Below are positions 37,211 through 47,633 of a stretch of 64,000 bases of DNA, in pieces. The notes below the pieces were generated by a model, which had not been told where the DNA came from, did no database searches, and was given only the letters and a program-made list of their open reading frames with translations. The position numbers and the translations under genes are program-made. Position 1 is the first letter of the stretch. Each line of letters begins with the position of its first letter. Source of the stretch: Candidatus Bathyarchaeota archaeon (GTDB lineage Archaea > Thermoproteota > Bathyarchaeia > Bathyarchaeales > Bathycorpusculaceae); assembly GCA_963826715.1 (NCBI GenBank), contig CAWGYA010000007.1, positions 160,001 to 224,000 on the forward strand. Direction: 5' to 3'.

Positions 37211-38158
37211 GTGGGGATAGACAAGCGCATGGAAACAATTCGTTTTGATTACTTAAACACTTTCTTAACTGTAGCTCGAACACATAGTTTCTCAATTGCG
37301 GCCAAAGAACTAAAAACAAGCCAAGGCACTGTCAGCCACCAAATAGCTGCGCTAGAAGAATGCTTCGGAGCAGAACTTTTCAAACGGACATCAGATGGCA
37401 CAGAGGTCACTGAAGCAGGTAACACCCTAAAAGAAGTCGCACAGCTAATCCTCCAAGAAATACAAACCGCTAAAGCCAAAATCTCCGCAGCCGAACACAC
37501 CCTCTCAGGAGTCATTCGCATAGTCGCAAGCACTATACCTGAAGAATACATAATACCCGGGCTAATCGCTGAATTCCAAAAGAATTTTGCTGACATCAAA
37601 TTCAAAATAACTGCACAAGACAGCTTAACCAGCCTAAAAGGTCTACAGAACAATATCTTTGACTTCGCAGCAGTGGGCACAAGACTTGGCTTCGAAGAAA
37701 AATTTGACTACATAGAAATAAGTGAAGAAAATTTGGTCCTCATCACAGCATGCAACCACCCTTTAGCCAAGCGCAAAACAATCAAACTCACTGAAATAAC
37801 AAATTACCCCTTCATTAACCGCGAAGAAACCTCAGGCACAAGAATAGAAATAGAGACACTTATGGAAAAAAATGATATCCAACACAGTATTCCTCAAGTT
37901 GCCTTTGAATTAGGCAGCACTGAATCCGTGGTAACAGCGGTTTCTGAGGGCAGAGGCGTTAGCATAATCTCTTCTATCGCCGCCGCAAAAGCCTCCGCGG
38001 CAGGATTGGTTAGAGTTGTAAATATTGAGGAATCCAAAGGCACACGCAAAATTTACATGGCAAGACCAAAAAGGGCACTGCTTAAACCATCTGAGGCATT
38101 TTGGGAGTTCTGTCGCAGTTACAAGTTCAAAAATCAAGCCATTATTTGCCCGATATAA
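37211..38158 (+). CDS. LysR-family regulator (selenium-metabolism-associated type)
   Basis: SFSIAAKELKTSQGTVSHQIAALE HTH; ASTIPEEY, REETSGTR, LGSTESV; divergent from the selD operon. Confidence 0.88.
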   Translation: MGIDKRMETIRFDYLNTFLTVARTHSFSIAAKELKTSQGTVSHQIAALEECFGAELFKRTSDGTEVTEAGNTLKEVAQLILQEIQTAKAKISAAEHTLSGVIRIVASTIPEEYIIPGLIAEFQKNFADIKFKITAQDSLTSLKGLQNNIFDFAAVGTRLGFEEKFDYIEISEENLVLITACNHPLAKRKTIKLTEITNYPFINREETSGTRIEIETLMEKNDIQHSIPQVAFELGSTESVVTAVSEGRGVSIISSIAAAKASAAGLVRVVNIEESKGTRKIYMARPKRALLKPSEAFWEFCRSYKFKNQAIICPI

Positions 38159-38236
38159 TTTTATTTTCATACCGATTTGCACAATTAACTTCTAGGAGAA
38201 TTTTGATAGAAGCCTGAAGAAAACAAAAATGACAAG

Positions 38237-38560
38237 TTAGAAGTCTTCTAATTTAACCCATATTTTACCGGATTCCACTTTGAAGGGAAAAGTAACAAGT
38301 ACATAATCCGGCGCCTCTTCATATTCTCCCGATTCAAGATTAAATCGCCAATCATGACAGGGGCACACGATTACATTGCCATCTAAGGTTCCTCCAGAGA
38401 AAGCACAGCCCATATGAGGGCATCGATCGTCGATGACATGAATTTTGCCGTTATGTTTGATGAAAAGCACAGGTGTACCTTCAATGCGGACAAGCTTCAT
38501 TTTGTCTTCTTCAAGCTCAGCCTCATCCAAAGCTGCAGCATATCCCTCATCATCCGACAT
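38237..38560 (-). CDS. Rieske [2Fe-2S] ferredoxin
   Basis: CPHMG and CPCHDWRF motifs. Confidence 0.9.
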   Translation of the reverse strand: MSDDEGYAAALDEAELEEDKMKLVRIEGTPVLFIKHNGKIHVIDDRCPHMGCAFSGGTLDGNVIVCPCHDWRFNLESGEYEEAPDYVLVTFPFKVESGKIWVKLEDF

Positions 38561-38707
38561 ACATAGTTACCCTTCTAAAGTTAATTTTCTATGTATTATA
38601 TTAAGATTTTAAAGTCGCCATTTTTGAAAAATGCTTTTTTTAGCGCTTAATTTTCACAACAAAAGATCTATTAGCAGTAAATTGTCACTCTAACGGGAGG
38701 ATACTAC

Positions 38708-40273
38708 GTGGATACATCCAAGCTCAACATCGGCAAGGCTAGACCTCTTATACTTATTGTTTTGGATGGTTGGGGGCTTCAGCGAAAAAAACTTGGAAAC
38801 GCCATAGCCCAAGCAAAACTTAAAGAAATCAATAGAATCTGGAACGAATATCCCCATACCGTCCTTAAGGCTTCAGATGGCGCCGTTGGGCTTCCCGAAG
38901 GCGTAATGGGAAACTCAGAGGTTGGTCACCTAAACTTGGGAGCTGGACGCGTAATCCCACAGGACCTAGTCAGAATAAACAAAGCCATCAAAGACAGCGA
39001 CTTCATGCATAGCTCAATCCTCAACAAATACCTGCAAGAAGCCAAAAAGGCTGGTCAAAATATACATTTTATGGGGCTATTATCTGACAGCGGAGTTCAC
39101 AGTGATATAAACCATTTATTTGCCTTGCTAACGCTTGCTAAGACTTTAGGCTGCTCAGAAAACGTCTGGATTCATTGTTTTCTTGATGGTAGAGACACTG
39201 CACCTAAAATAGCTGAAAAATACATAATCGCCCTAGAGAAAAAAATCGAAGGTTTGTCTGTTGGAAAAATTGCCAGCGTAATGGGGCGCTTCTATTCTAT
39301 GGATAGAGATTGCCGGTGGGATCGAACCGCCAAGGCATATTATGCCATAGCTTTAGGTAAAGGATTAAAAGCAAAATCCCCTCTGGAGGCTTTAGCACAA
39401 GCGTACCTGCGAAATGAAAACGATGAATTCGTTCAGCCAACAGTGATAGAGAATCATAAACTGAATTATAACGGGTTTAACGAAAAAGATTTAGTGGTAT
39501 TCTTTAATTTCCGCTCCGATAGGCCAAGACAGCTTGTCCAAAGTCTCTATGCAAAGGAATTTAACGCTTTTGACCGAGAACGTTTTTTTAAACCCCAAAT
39601 TGTCTGCATGACTCAATACGATAAAAAATTTAATCTACCCGTAGTTTTTCCACCTTTGCAGATAAAGAATGGTTTAGGGGAACTTCTCAGTGATCTTGGG
39701 TTGCGTCAGCTTCGAATAGCAGAGACAGAAAAATATGCCCACGTCACTTTCTTCTTTAACGGAGGCAGAGAAACTCCCTATAAGGGCGAGGACCGGGTTC
39801 TTGTTAATTCCCCTAAGGTTACAACATATAATTTGCAACCCCAAATGAGCGCTTACGAAGTAACAACGATTCTCATTGAGAAAATTAAATCAGAAATTTA
39901 TGATTTCATACTTGTTAACTATGCAAACCCCGACATGGTTTCACACACCGCTGATTTTCCAGCCACCATAAAAGCCCTTGAAGTAGTCGATGAATGCTTA
40001 GCAAAAGTTATCTCAGCTTCAGCTGAAGTTGGGGGTCTATGCATAGTAACTTCAGACCATGGACATGCTGAGCAGCTAATCGATTATAAAACGGGTGGTC
40101 CCTGGACAGCACACACATTGAATCCCGTGCCGTTTATTATAGTGACAGACGCAAAACTGAAGTTGCGTCAGGGTCAACTAGGCGATGTAGCCCCGACAGT
40201 TCTGGAATTAATGAATATTGCACAGCCAAAAGAAATGACTGGACGTTCCCTAATTAACAACTCTCCAACTTAG
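38708..40273 (+). CDS. gpmI: 2,3-bisphosphoglycerate-independent phosphoglycerate mutase (bacterial type)
   Basis: LDGWG, MGNSEVGH, DGRD, AETEKYAHVTFF, NPDMVSHT, SDHG. Confidence 0.95.
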   Translation: MDTSKLNIGKARPLILIVLDGWGLQRKKLGNAIAQAKLKEINRIWNEYPHTVLKASDGAVGLPEGVMGNSEVGHLNLGAGRVIPQDLVRINKAIKDSDFMHSSILNKYLQEAKKAGQNIHFMGLLSDSGVHSDINHLFALLTLAKTLGCSENVWIHCFLDGRDTAPKIAEKYIIALEKKIEGLSVGKIASVMGRFYSMDRDCRWDRTAKAYYAIALGKGLKAKSPLEALAQAYLRNENDEFVQPTVIENHKLNYNGFNEKDLVVFFNFRSDRPRQLVQSLYAKEFNAFDRERFFKPQIVCMTQYDKKFNLPVVFPPLQIKNGLGELLSDLGLRQLRIAETEKYAHVTFFFNGGRETPYKGEDRVLVNSPKVTTYNLQPQMSAYEVTTILIEKIKSEIYDFILVNYANPDMVSHTADFPATIKALEVVDECLAKVISASAEVGGLCIVTSDHGHAEQLIDYKTGGPWTAHTLNPVPFIIVTDAKLKLRQGQLGDVAPTVLELMNIAQPKEMTGRSLINNSPT

Positions 40274-40299
40274 TGAAATAGTGCAGGACTAACGTTAGC

Positions 40300-41244
40300 T
40301 TAAGGTTTAAGCCCTAATATTTTTCTAATTTCATTTTGTGTTTGTTTAGGTTCACCGGTAGTGTTGACAAGGTATGCGTCGCACTGACTTAGAAGACGGC
40401 GGAAAAAGTTTGTGCGCAAAGCCATTTTGCGCTCATCACGCACCAGTTGGTGAGGATTGCAAAAGTTATTTTCGGAAAGATAAGTAATAGCTTGTTCTGT
40501 GCTAAGGGGCGTAATAATGTTTTGGTCTGAAGGATCTCGCTTAAGCATTATAATCTTATGAAGAGTTGTCATGGGTACAACTCCTCCCGCGCCAACTATC
40601 CAACGGATATTTACGATTGCTCTGCCACGGTTGTCAAACAGAGTCTTATCTACCAACCGCTCATACTCATTCCAGATTTTACCGATATCTGCTTGTATGT
40701 AGGTGTTCTTCTCTGAACCAAATGCCAACGGTTCTCGAGTGCTGAGACGCACAAAGTACCAATCATCACTAATCAGACGTGCAGTGGGGATTCGAAGTAA
40801 CCCCCAGGAATGAGTGGTTTTGCCTGTGCCCGACGGCGCAATTATAGATACACCAAGACAACCCACGTCTATAGCTGCGCCGTGTACCGAATAGATATGG
40901 TGCTCATCCTCTAAAACGTCTCCTGCAACTGAGAGTGCGATACTTTTTATCCATCCGTAATAGTTCAGGTTAATGAGGAACGCAGTTTTAGTATAGGCAT
41001 CATACTTGACGCTTAAGGGTTGATTGGGTTCAGAGAGGACGATAAGGCGTCCATGAGAGCGAGTATTTTCGTTTGCTGTATAGAAATTATCTTCCCATTT
41101 ATCTTTGGTTTCAATTGAGTCAGTCAAAAGTTTGACGCAACAGCCATAAATATCGGCTTTATTGGCGTACAATAAACGCGGTTCATAAGTTTCGTAGAGA
41201 GCATCTTTCTCTTTAGAATCGATTAATTGTACAGTATAGCTCAT
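40300..41244 (-). CDS. HPr-kinase/PEPCK-like P-loop protein
   Basis: VHGAAI, APSGTGKTTHS, LISDDW. Start ATG 41244 preferred. Confidence 0.75.
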   Translation of the reverse strand: MSYTVQLIDSKEKDALYETYEPRLLYANKADIYGCCVKLLTDSIETKDKWEDNFYTANENTRSHGRLIVLSEPNQPLSVKYDAYTKTAFLINLNYYGWIKSIALSVAGDVLEDEHHIYSVHGAAIDVGCLGVSIIAPSGTGKTTHSWGLLRIPTARLISDDWYFVRLSTREPLAFGSEKNTYIQADIGKIWNEYERLVDKTLFDNRGRAIVNIRWIVGAGGVVPMTTLHKIIMLKRDPSDQNIITPLSTEQAITYLSENNFCNPHQLVRDERKMALRTNFFRRLLSQCDAYLVNTTGEPKQTQNEIRKILGLKP

Positions 41245-41321
41245 TTGGCTTTCTCCAAATCTATAGATACTTGAAATGAAAAGAGAAGGATAAGGATTCC
41301 GTGCGAATAGGTTACTGGCAT

Positions 41322-42776
41322 TCAACCTCTAAGTGTGGCAAAGAAGCCCCGTACCACATCTTTCATTGATTGCAGCAGCGGATGCCGGATGGAGCCTGGC
41401 GTAAGATTCTCGAGGCGATCTACACGGAAGTAGATAGGGGGATGAGGGTCCAACCCAAGCCACTCCTGAATACGGTAGGAAGGTACACGTTCATAAATCA
41501 GACGCTGGAAACCAATTTTCTCTAGTGATCCCGCCAAAATCTTAGGATTACCTACCACCAAGGCTGAGACCAAGTCAGCGCGTGCCTCAAAGAATTTTGC
41601 GATGAAAAAAATCACAACCATAACTACCCAGAAATACGCGAAGAATAAAAACGACGAGAAAATCATCGGAAACAATGGGAAGAGCACATAAAAGCGAAAG
41701 AGAAACTCCGTAGAAACCAAACCATAAAGTATGAGAGGGTCTCTGCCCCGAAGGTGACCAAACTCATGCCCTAAAACCCCTAGCAATTCATCCTCTTCGA
41801 GCTGCACAAGAATGCCAGTTGTAATAAGCACCAACCCCCTCTTGGGGCTTGGACCAGAAGCGGCAGCGTTTGGAACCATGGTGTTTGAAACAACAATTTC
41901 AGGTATGGGAAAATTAAAGCGGTCAGCAATATTTCTAACTAGTTCATATACGTTAATTTTTTTGGCTTTTAAATTATCGACTTCACATGGAACCCCATGC
42001 TTAAGAAAAATTTTTTGTGCAGATCCAACATCGACTTCACCGTTTTTTGAAATTACTTCATCGTAAATTTCTTTTTTAATTGCTATTAAGGTTTCTTTGG
42101 GGTATGTCTTGTTAAAGCTATTTTTTTCGCTCACGGGCAGATAATATTCTAGTAAATGGATAATAGGGTTTTTTTCCGTAATGTGCCAGTCCGCGCTACG
42201 AGCGATAAAGCGGTTAGAATAGAAAACGAACCCAAATTGGATACCAATTAAAATCAAAGGTGCAATCCAAAAGGCGCCAGGCACAATTGTGGATATTGTT
42301 ATGAAGATAATCATTCCAAATACGATGAAAACCACAAAGAACAACACCTGGGTTTCTAAAAATAGGCGGTTGAAAGATTTCTCAGGTTTAGTGAAAGCTT
42401 CGGGCACAATTTCCTCGCCTTCTCGCCAAGCAAAAAAAACAGTTGCATCGCGTGTATTCTGCGAGAAAACCTGCATCGCAATAAGAACGTCTTGTTTAGC
42501 CTCTTCCACGGTTGTGTGGGATGCAACAGATGTAAGGGGGTTAACTTGTAATTCAAAGGGTGTGCCGCTTTTTAATTCTACCCCAACCAGACGGTTGCCT
42601 TGAGAGTCTACAACTATGTAAGATAATTTTTCTCCTTTAGGGGATGATTCCCGAACTATGTCGGTAAAGCGCTTTTTTTGGGTAACTATATACTGGGTAT
42701 AAATGAAATCGAATAGTTTTTCATAATAACTTGGCGGGACTTCAGGAGTTATGTTATAAGTAAAACGCGCGGACAT
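41322..42776 (-). CDS. M48 (HtpX-like) membrane zinc metalloprotease
   Basis: PNAAASG, GHEFGHL, FEARAD, HPPIYFR. Confidence 0.88.
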   Translation of the reverse strand: MSARFTYNITPEVPPSYYEKLFDFIYTQYIVTQKKRFTDIVRESSPKGEKLSYIVVDSQGNRLVGVELKSGTPFELQVNPLTSVASHTTVEEAKQDVLIAMQVFSQNTRDATVFFAWREGEEIVPEAFTKPEKSFNRLFLETQVLFFVVFIVFGMIIFITISTIVPGAFWIAPLILIGIQFGFVFYSNRFIARSADWHITEKNPIIHLLEYYLPVSEKNSFNKTYPKETLIAIKKEIYDEVISKNGEVDVGSAQKIFLKHGVPCEVDNLKAKKINVYELVRNIADRFNFPIPEIVVSNTMVPNAAASGPSPKRGLVLITTGILVQLEEDELLGVLGHEFGHLRGRDPLILYGLVSTEFLFRFYVLFPLFPMIFSSFLFFAYFWVVMVVIFFIAKFFEARADLVSALVVGNPKILAGSLEKIGFQRLIYERVPSYRIQEWLGLDPHPPIYFRVDRLENLTPGSIRHPLLQSMKDVVRGFFATLRG

Positions 42777-43063
42777 ATCTAACCTTCAAAACCTATACTA
42801 AAAACATGTTTTTCTATTTATAACTGTATTGCTGACAACAACTTCCTCACCAAAGCTGCAGTCGAAAAAAATTATCTGAGCATAAACAAAGGGGATAGAG
42901 TTTATTAAGATCGAAAATCATTGTACGATTAATGCTGGAAAGCAGAAAAAAGTTCTAGTCACCAATTAACCTTTAAATTATGGTTGATTTAATCTAGAAT
43001 TTAGCGGCAAACAAATAAAATTAAAGGCTTTAAAAAACTGATTATATACAGGAGGAATAGGAC

Positions 43064-43462
43064 GTGGCAGTTTCCAAAAAAACTATCTTAGTTGTCGATG
43101 ACGACAAATCTATACTTCGAACATTTTCCCGTATTCTTGAAAAAAGTGGATATGAAGTTGACACTGCAGAGACCGGAAAAGAAGCCATGCAGAAAACCGA
43201 GAATCGGCAATATGATTTAGCACTTGTAGACATAAGATTACCTGATATAGATGGGACAGATTTGTTAGCGAAATTAAAAAAGCAGCTTCAGCAAACTGTT
43301 AAAATAATGATTACGGGTTTTCCATCGCTGGAAACAGGCGTTAAAGCACTTGATGAAGGTGCAGATGCTTATTTGGTTAAGCCAGTGAAGCCGCAAGAGC
43401 TTCTTGTTCTGCTGGAAGAGAAACTTAAGAGCCGGGAAGAAGCCGCAAAAGTAAGCCATTAA
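43064..43462 (+). CDS. Stand-alone response regulator receiver
   Basis: ILVVDDD, LVDIRLPD, ITG, YLVKP. Confidence 0.92.
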   Translation: MAVSKKTILVVDDDKSILRTFSRILEKSGYEVDTAETGKEAMQKTENRQYDLALVDIRLPDIDGTDLLAKLKKQLQQTVKIMITGFPSLETGVKALDEGADAYLVKPVKPQELLVLLEEKLKSREEAAKVSH

Positions 43463-43649
43463 TTGGTAACTATTCCAAAAATAATTAGTTATCGACTGAT
43501 TTCCTTAATTATTTTAATCCATTCCCCATTATATCCCTGGTTGGTTGATGGAAAACTAAGTTACTTTAATAGTCAACCTGCCTCGGGCTGATTGGACAAT
43601 GAATAGCATATAGTTAAAGAGTTGAAGAAAAAAATCCGATGGGACCCAG

Positions 43650-46538
43650 TTATTCTATATAAATAGCAGGTTGATAGGGCATAGCCATTGCTGAACGATT
43701 TTTAGGATCAAAGCGGTGCTCGTCAGATTCTCTATACACAGATATTTCAGCTTTGAATCGGTCATGCATAAAATCTGCAGCTTCTAAAAGATTTTCTCTC
43801 TCGTTAGCTTCACCGATTTTTAATATTTTGGTCTTGCGTTCGCTCGACACTTTAGTTAATGCCTTAATGATTCTGGGAACCATTGGTGCAATTTCTTTCA
43901 TATGTACCTTAAAGGTTGAATCCTTGGCGAATTCTTTCATAAGCTCATTAATTTTAGCTTCACCAGCAACTGTTTTCTTGAGAACTTTTAGATATACCTG
44001 CCATTTCCAAGAAGCCGCAATATAGTAGTATATCCGATGTGGAGTGATTTTCATAGCTTTTAGGATATTGTTTGTGTCATCCATCACGTCAATAATAAAA
44101 TTCTCCTGTTCTTCCGCAGCCACATCCACAGTATCTGCATTGAATTCAGGCCATTTTGCGACGCTGATGAATCCTTCCTCACCGTTCTGGCTCCAGAGTT
44201 CCTCGCACATGAATGGCGCAAAGGGAGCAAGCATTCGAATCCACACTTTTACCGCATCACCCAATGCTTTGGCTTCTGTGTTTCCTTTCCGCTGAATATA
44301 CCAACGCAAATCATTCCATGTTTCAAATAGTGCTGTTTGCAATGCAGTTCGCGTTTTAAGTTCATCTAGGCTTGCCGTGACTTCGCTTATGCGTTTCTGA
44401 ATTCGGCTAGTAAGCCAACGCTCCAATGCCGTATTCTCCGCATTTTTAGCTGAAGCAAGAATTGATCCTGCAAAATCCATCAGCGCCTCAAATTTGCTTT
44501 TGAGGTCGGAGACATTTTCAGCACGCCAGTCAGGATCATCCATGCCTTCTGCACCTAAAAGCAAACCGCAACGTGTGGCATCAGCACCATATTTTTCTAC
44601 AGCCCCCTTCATAGTGATGAAGTTTCCTTTGCTCTTATGCATCCCTTGCCCTTCAATCATCAGCATGCCATTGACGCCGATGGCTTTGGGCCAGTGCTCT
44701 CGGGGAAACAGCGCTGCATGATGGAATATGCAGAAACTTAGATGATTGGGTACCAACTCTTTTGCAGAATTACGTAGATCAAATGGGTACCAATAAAGGA
44801 ATTCACTACGCATAGCACACAGCAAGGTTGGGGTTATTCCAGCCGTTTGTAGGTCTTCTGGTTCTCCTCTGCCAAAGAAAATGTAATCAAAAACTTCAGG
44901 CGTTAGCGATTCGGCATTGATCTTGTTCTGTTTAATGTGCTTGTTTATGGTGTAGAACGCCATGTAGACCGTGCTATCACTGAGGGTTTCAATTATCCAG
45001 CCTTTTCCCCCAGGAAGTGGTGTTCCAAAGCCCGTGGTTCTGGCGCAAGCCCATTCCCGAAGCCAATCAATCACGGTATTAAACCAGGGCTTAGCTGTTT
45101 CGGGGAAGATGTTTAACTGCTCCACAACCTCATGTGCAAGTTCTTTCCATTTGGGGTCTGAGTAGTTAAGGAACCACTGGTCCGAAAGGATCTTCACAAG
45201 ACACGGTGTCATGCAACGGCAAACCACAGGGTCCGCCAGATCATACATGATTTCGGCAACTCCAAGTTTCTTGAAGTCAGTGATTAGGAGATCTTTAGCT
45301 TCGCGAATTGATTTGCCTGCATGTTGTCCGCAGTTAGATTTCAAGATGCCGCCGTGGTACTCTTTTTTGTAGAGTTCTTTGGTAGCTTGGTCAGCTTTTG
45401 CGTCGTTTTGATCGACTATTCCCATTTTATCGACGATTTCAACGGCAGGGTAATCGCCAACTCCATCAACTTTAATGATCGAGATGGGCTTAATTGCAAG
45501 AACTACTACTGGGTCTATGCCGAACTGCCTGAGAACCTCAGGTTTTCGTTGCAAATCTCGTAAAGCAAGCCAATCGTAGGGTGCATGGGCTGGAACACTG
45601 TAAACTACTCCAGTTGCGGTTTTCGGGTCAACAAACCACCCCGGGAGAATAGGAAACTTTAGGTTTGTAACTGGATTTGTGACTGTTTTGCCGATCAGTT
45701 CTCTACCCAAGAAACAATGCTTAACTTCGACCTTGCGCTCTTGTTCTTTAAGTTTTTCAGCAGCTTCTTGGCTAACTATCCAACACTCACCGTTAACCTC
45801 TGCTTCGACGTAAGTAGAGTCAGGATTGATCCACATATTGGTGATACCATAAACAGTTTCGGGTCGGAGAGTCGCTGCTGGTAAAAACGTTTTCTCATCC
45901 AATCTGTACTTTATTAGCGTATACTCCTCTGGAGTAACACCTTCACCACTTTGACGGTCGTGGTCGCCTGTAGGAGACTGGTCTTTTGGGCACCAAACCA
46001 CTGGGTGGGTGCCGCGAGTGACATAGCCTTTTTCTTTAAGGTTTTTGTACTGCCACTCAATGAATTTTTGAAAGGTCGGCATAATCGTTGTAAATTCGCG
46101 TCGCCAATCAACCGAGAAACCAACGCTTTTAACGGCTAAACGACCTTCGTCAGTATAATATTGAGCCATGTAAAGGGGGTCAACGAACTTCTGGAGTTCG
46201 CTTTCGGGTACGCCATCGACTTCGCGTAGTACTTTGATGTAAGCTTGATCTCCTCTCGCCACACGCTGAGATGCGCCTAAAAGAGGCTGACCTGTCCAAT
46301 GCCAACTCCATGGCCAAAGTACATTGTAGCCTTGCATGCGTTTGAATCTGGCGTAAGCATCTACGCGGGAAGCAGTAAAGGTGTGCCCAACATGGAGTGG
46401 ACCGTTCATATATGGAAATGGAAAGGTAACTAATTTTTTTTGGCGATTAGGGTCGGGGTTGGCTTCGAAGAGATGTGCTTCTTCCCATTTCTGTTGCCAT
46501 TTCTGCTCCATTTGTTTGGTTTGGCTCATAAAACCCAC
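43650..46538 (-). CDS. leuS: Leucyl-tRNA synthetase (archaeal type)
   Basis: PYMNGPLHVGH, ATLRPET, GVVYSVPAHAPYD, MHKSKGN. Confidence 0.95.
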   Translation of the reverse strand: MGFMSQTKQMEQKWQQKWEEAHLFEANPDPNRQKKLVTFPFPYMNGPLHVGHTFTASRVDAYARFKRMQGYNVLWPWSWHWTGQPLLGASQRVARGDQAYIKVLREVDGVPESELQKFVDPLYMAQYYTDEGRLAVKSVGFSVDWRREFTTIMPTFQKFIEWQYKNLKEKGYVTRGTHPVVWCPKDQSPTGDHDRQSGEGVTPEEYTLIKYRLDEKTFLPAATLRPETVYGITNMWINPDSTYVEAEVNGECWIVSQEAAEKLKEQERKVEVKHCFLGRELIGKTVTNPVTNLKFPILPGWFVDPKTATGVVYSVPAHAPYDWLALRDLQRKPEVLRQFGIDPVVVLAIKPISIIKVDGVGDYPAVEIVDKMGIVDQNDAKADQATKELYKKEYHGGILKSNCGQHAGKSIREAKDLLITDFKKLGVAEIMYDLADPVVCRCMTPCLVKILSDQWFLNYSDPKWKELAHEVVEQLNIFPETAKPWFNTVIDWLREWACARTTGFGTPLPGGKGWIIETLSDSTVYMAFYTINKHIKQNKINAESLTPEVFDYIFFGRGEPEDLQTAGITPTLLCAMRSEFLYWYPFDLRNSAKELVPNHLSFCIFHHAALFPREHWPKAIGVNGMLMIEGQGMHKSKGNFITMKGAVEKYGADATRCGLLLGAEGMDDPDWRAENVSDLKSKFEALMDFAGSILASAKNAENTALERWLTSRIQKRISEVTASLDELKTRTALQTALFETWNDLRWYIQRKGNTEAKALGDAVKVWIRMLAPFAPFMCEELWSQNGEEGFISVAKWPEFNADTVDVAAEEQENFIIDVMDDTNNILKAMKITPHRIYYYIAASWKWQVYLKVLKKTVAGEAKINELMKEFAKDSTFKVHMKEIAPMVPRIIKALTKVSSERKTKILKIGEANERENLLEAADFMHDRFKAEISVYRESDEHRFDPKNRSAMAMPYQPAIYIE

Positions 46539-46660
46539 TGATTAAAGGTTTGGCTATTAAGAGTTTTGCTTTGGTGATACTGTAGTTGTGTAGTTCAAGT
46601 TAACGGGTTCATGAAAAAAGGTTTTACGTTTATATATTACGACTTACGACTTTACTTGTT

Positions 46661-47467
46661 GTGAGCTCGGGGACTAAAATGAAAAAACTTGTCATAGCCA
46701 TAATCCTCTCATTCCTTATTTCACTACCAGTATTCACCACCACAGCAACCGCCATAACAGGCAATCTAAACCCCGACTCAAAACCATACGTGGGCGTAAT
46801 AGTCCTCCTTGACGATCAACAACAACCGATTGGCTATTGTAGCGGATTCCTAATTTCCCCGACCATCATGGTAACTGCAGGCCATAGCTTACTCAACGCA
46901 CAATACGTAAGAGTCAGCTTTGACCAAGGGGGCACTATCTACGAAGGTACACCAGAAACTTATTCTTCATACGTTCCTACGCTTTCGGGAAACAGCGAAT
47001 TCCAAACAAGCGACATAGGGCTAATAAGATTTGAACAGCCCGTTTCAGGGATTACAGATTTTCCAGTATTACCCACCATAGGCTTTACTGAAACATTGAA
47101 CCATAAAACAGATTTAAAAGTCATCGGTTACGGAATGCAATACCAAACAACACCAAGAAACAATGGAGTAACTAATTCGTGGATGGGCCAAGTTACTCAA
47201 AACAGTGCAACAGTACAATTGTTGAATGCAAACTTTGCTGGTAGCGATAAATATCTAAAAGTAACCGCTAATAACGCCCAAGGCAAAGGAGCAGTAGCAT
47301 TCGGAGACTCAGGCGGACCCGTTATTTACACCGATATGAATGGTAAAGACATCGTGTTAGCCCTTAACGCATTTGTTTCAAGCGCTAACTGCAATGGAGT
47401 AAGCTACCATACTAGACTCGATACAGAAGAAGTGCATAAGTGGCTTGAGGAGCCCTACTTGATTTAA
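46661..47467 (+). CDS. Secreted S1 (chymotrypsin-fold) serine protease
   Basis: Signal peptide from MKKLVIA; triad motifs TAGH, DIGL, GDSGGP. Confidence 0.9.
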   Translation: MSSGTKMKKLVIAIILSFLISLPVFTTTATAITGNLNPDSKPYVGVIVLLDDQQQPIGYCSGFLISPTIMVTAGHSLLNAQYVRVSFDQGGTIYEGTPETYSSYVPTLSGNSEFQTSDIGLIRFEQPVSGITDFPVLPTIGFTETLNHKTDLKVIGYGMQYQTTPRNNGVTNSWMGQVTQNSATVQLLNANFAGSDKYLKVTANNAQGKGAVAFGDSGGPVIYTDMNGKDIVLALNAFVSSANCNGVSYHTRLDTEEVHKWLEEPYLI

Positions 47468-47503
47468 ATCTGCTAATTCAGAACAGCGAAAGAGGTGAAA
47501 AAT

Positions 47504-47560
47504 ATGAATACAAAAAGAGCAATCAAAAAAGCAAAACCAATAACCTTCGGCGGTTGGTAA
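47504..47560 (+). CDS. Putative 18-aa precursor peptide MNTKRAIKKAKPITFGGW
   Basis: SD GAGGTG at 47492-47497, ATG 47504, TAA 47558-47560, then an AGGG/CCCT hairpin and T-rich tract; directly upstream of the prenyltransferase. Confidence 0.6.
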   Translation: MNTKRAIKKAKPITFGGW

Positions 47561-47633
47561 ACAATCATCTAAGGGTTAAATCCCTCACTTTATTTCCTAA
47601 AATTACAAATACAAAGACGATTCAATATCAATT

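Noticed and set aside
43064-43462. Receiver protein as the response arm of the putative peptide signal
   Set aside because: It is separated from the locus by leuS and there is no histidine kinase in the window, so there is no evidence of linkage.
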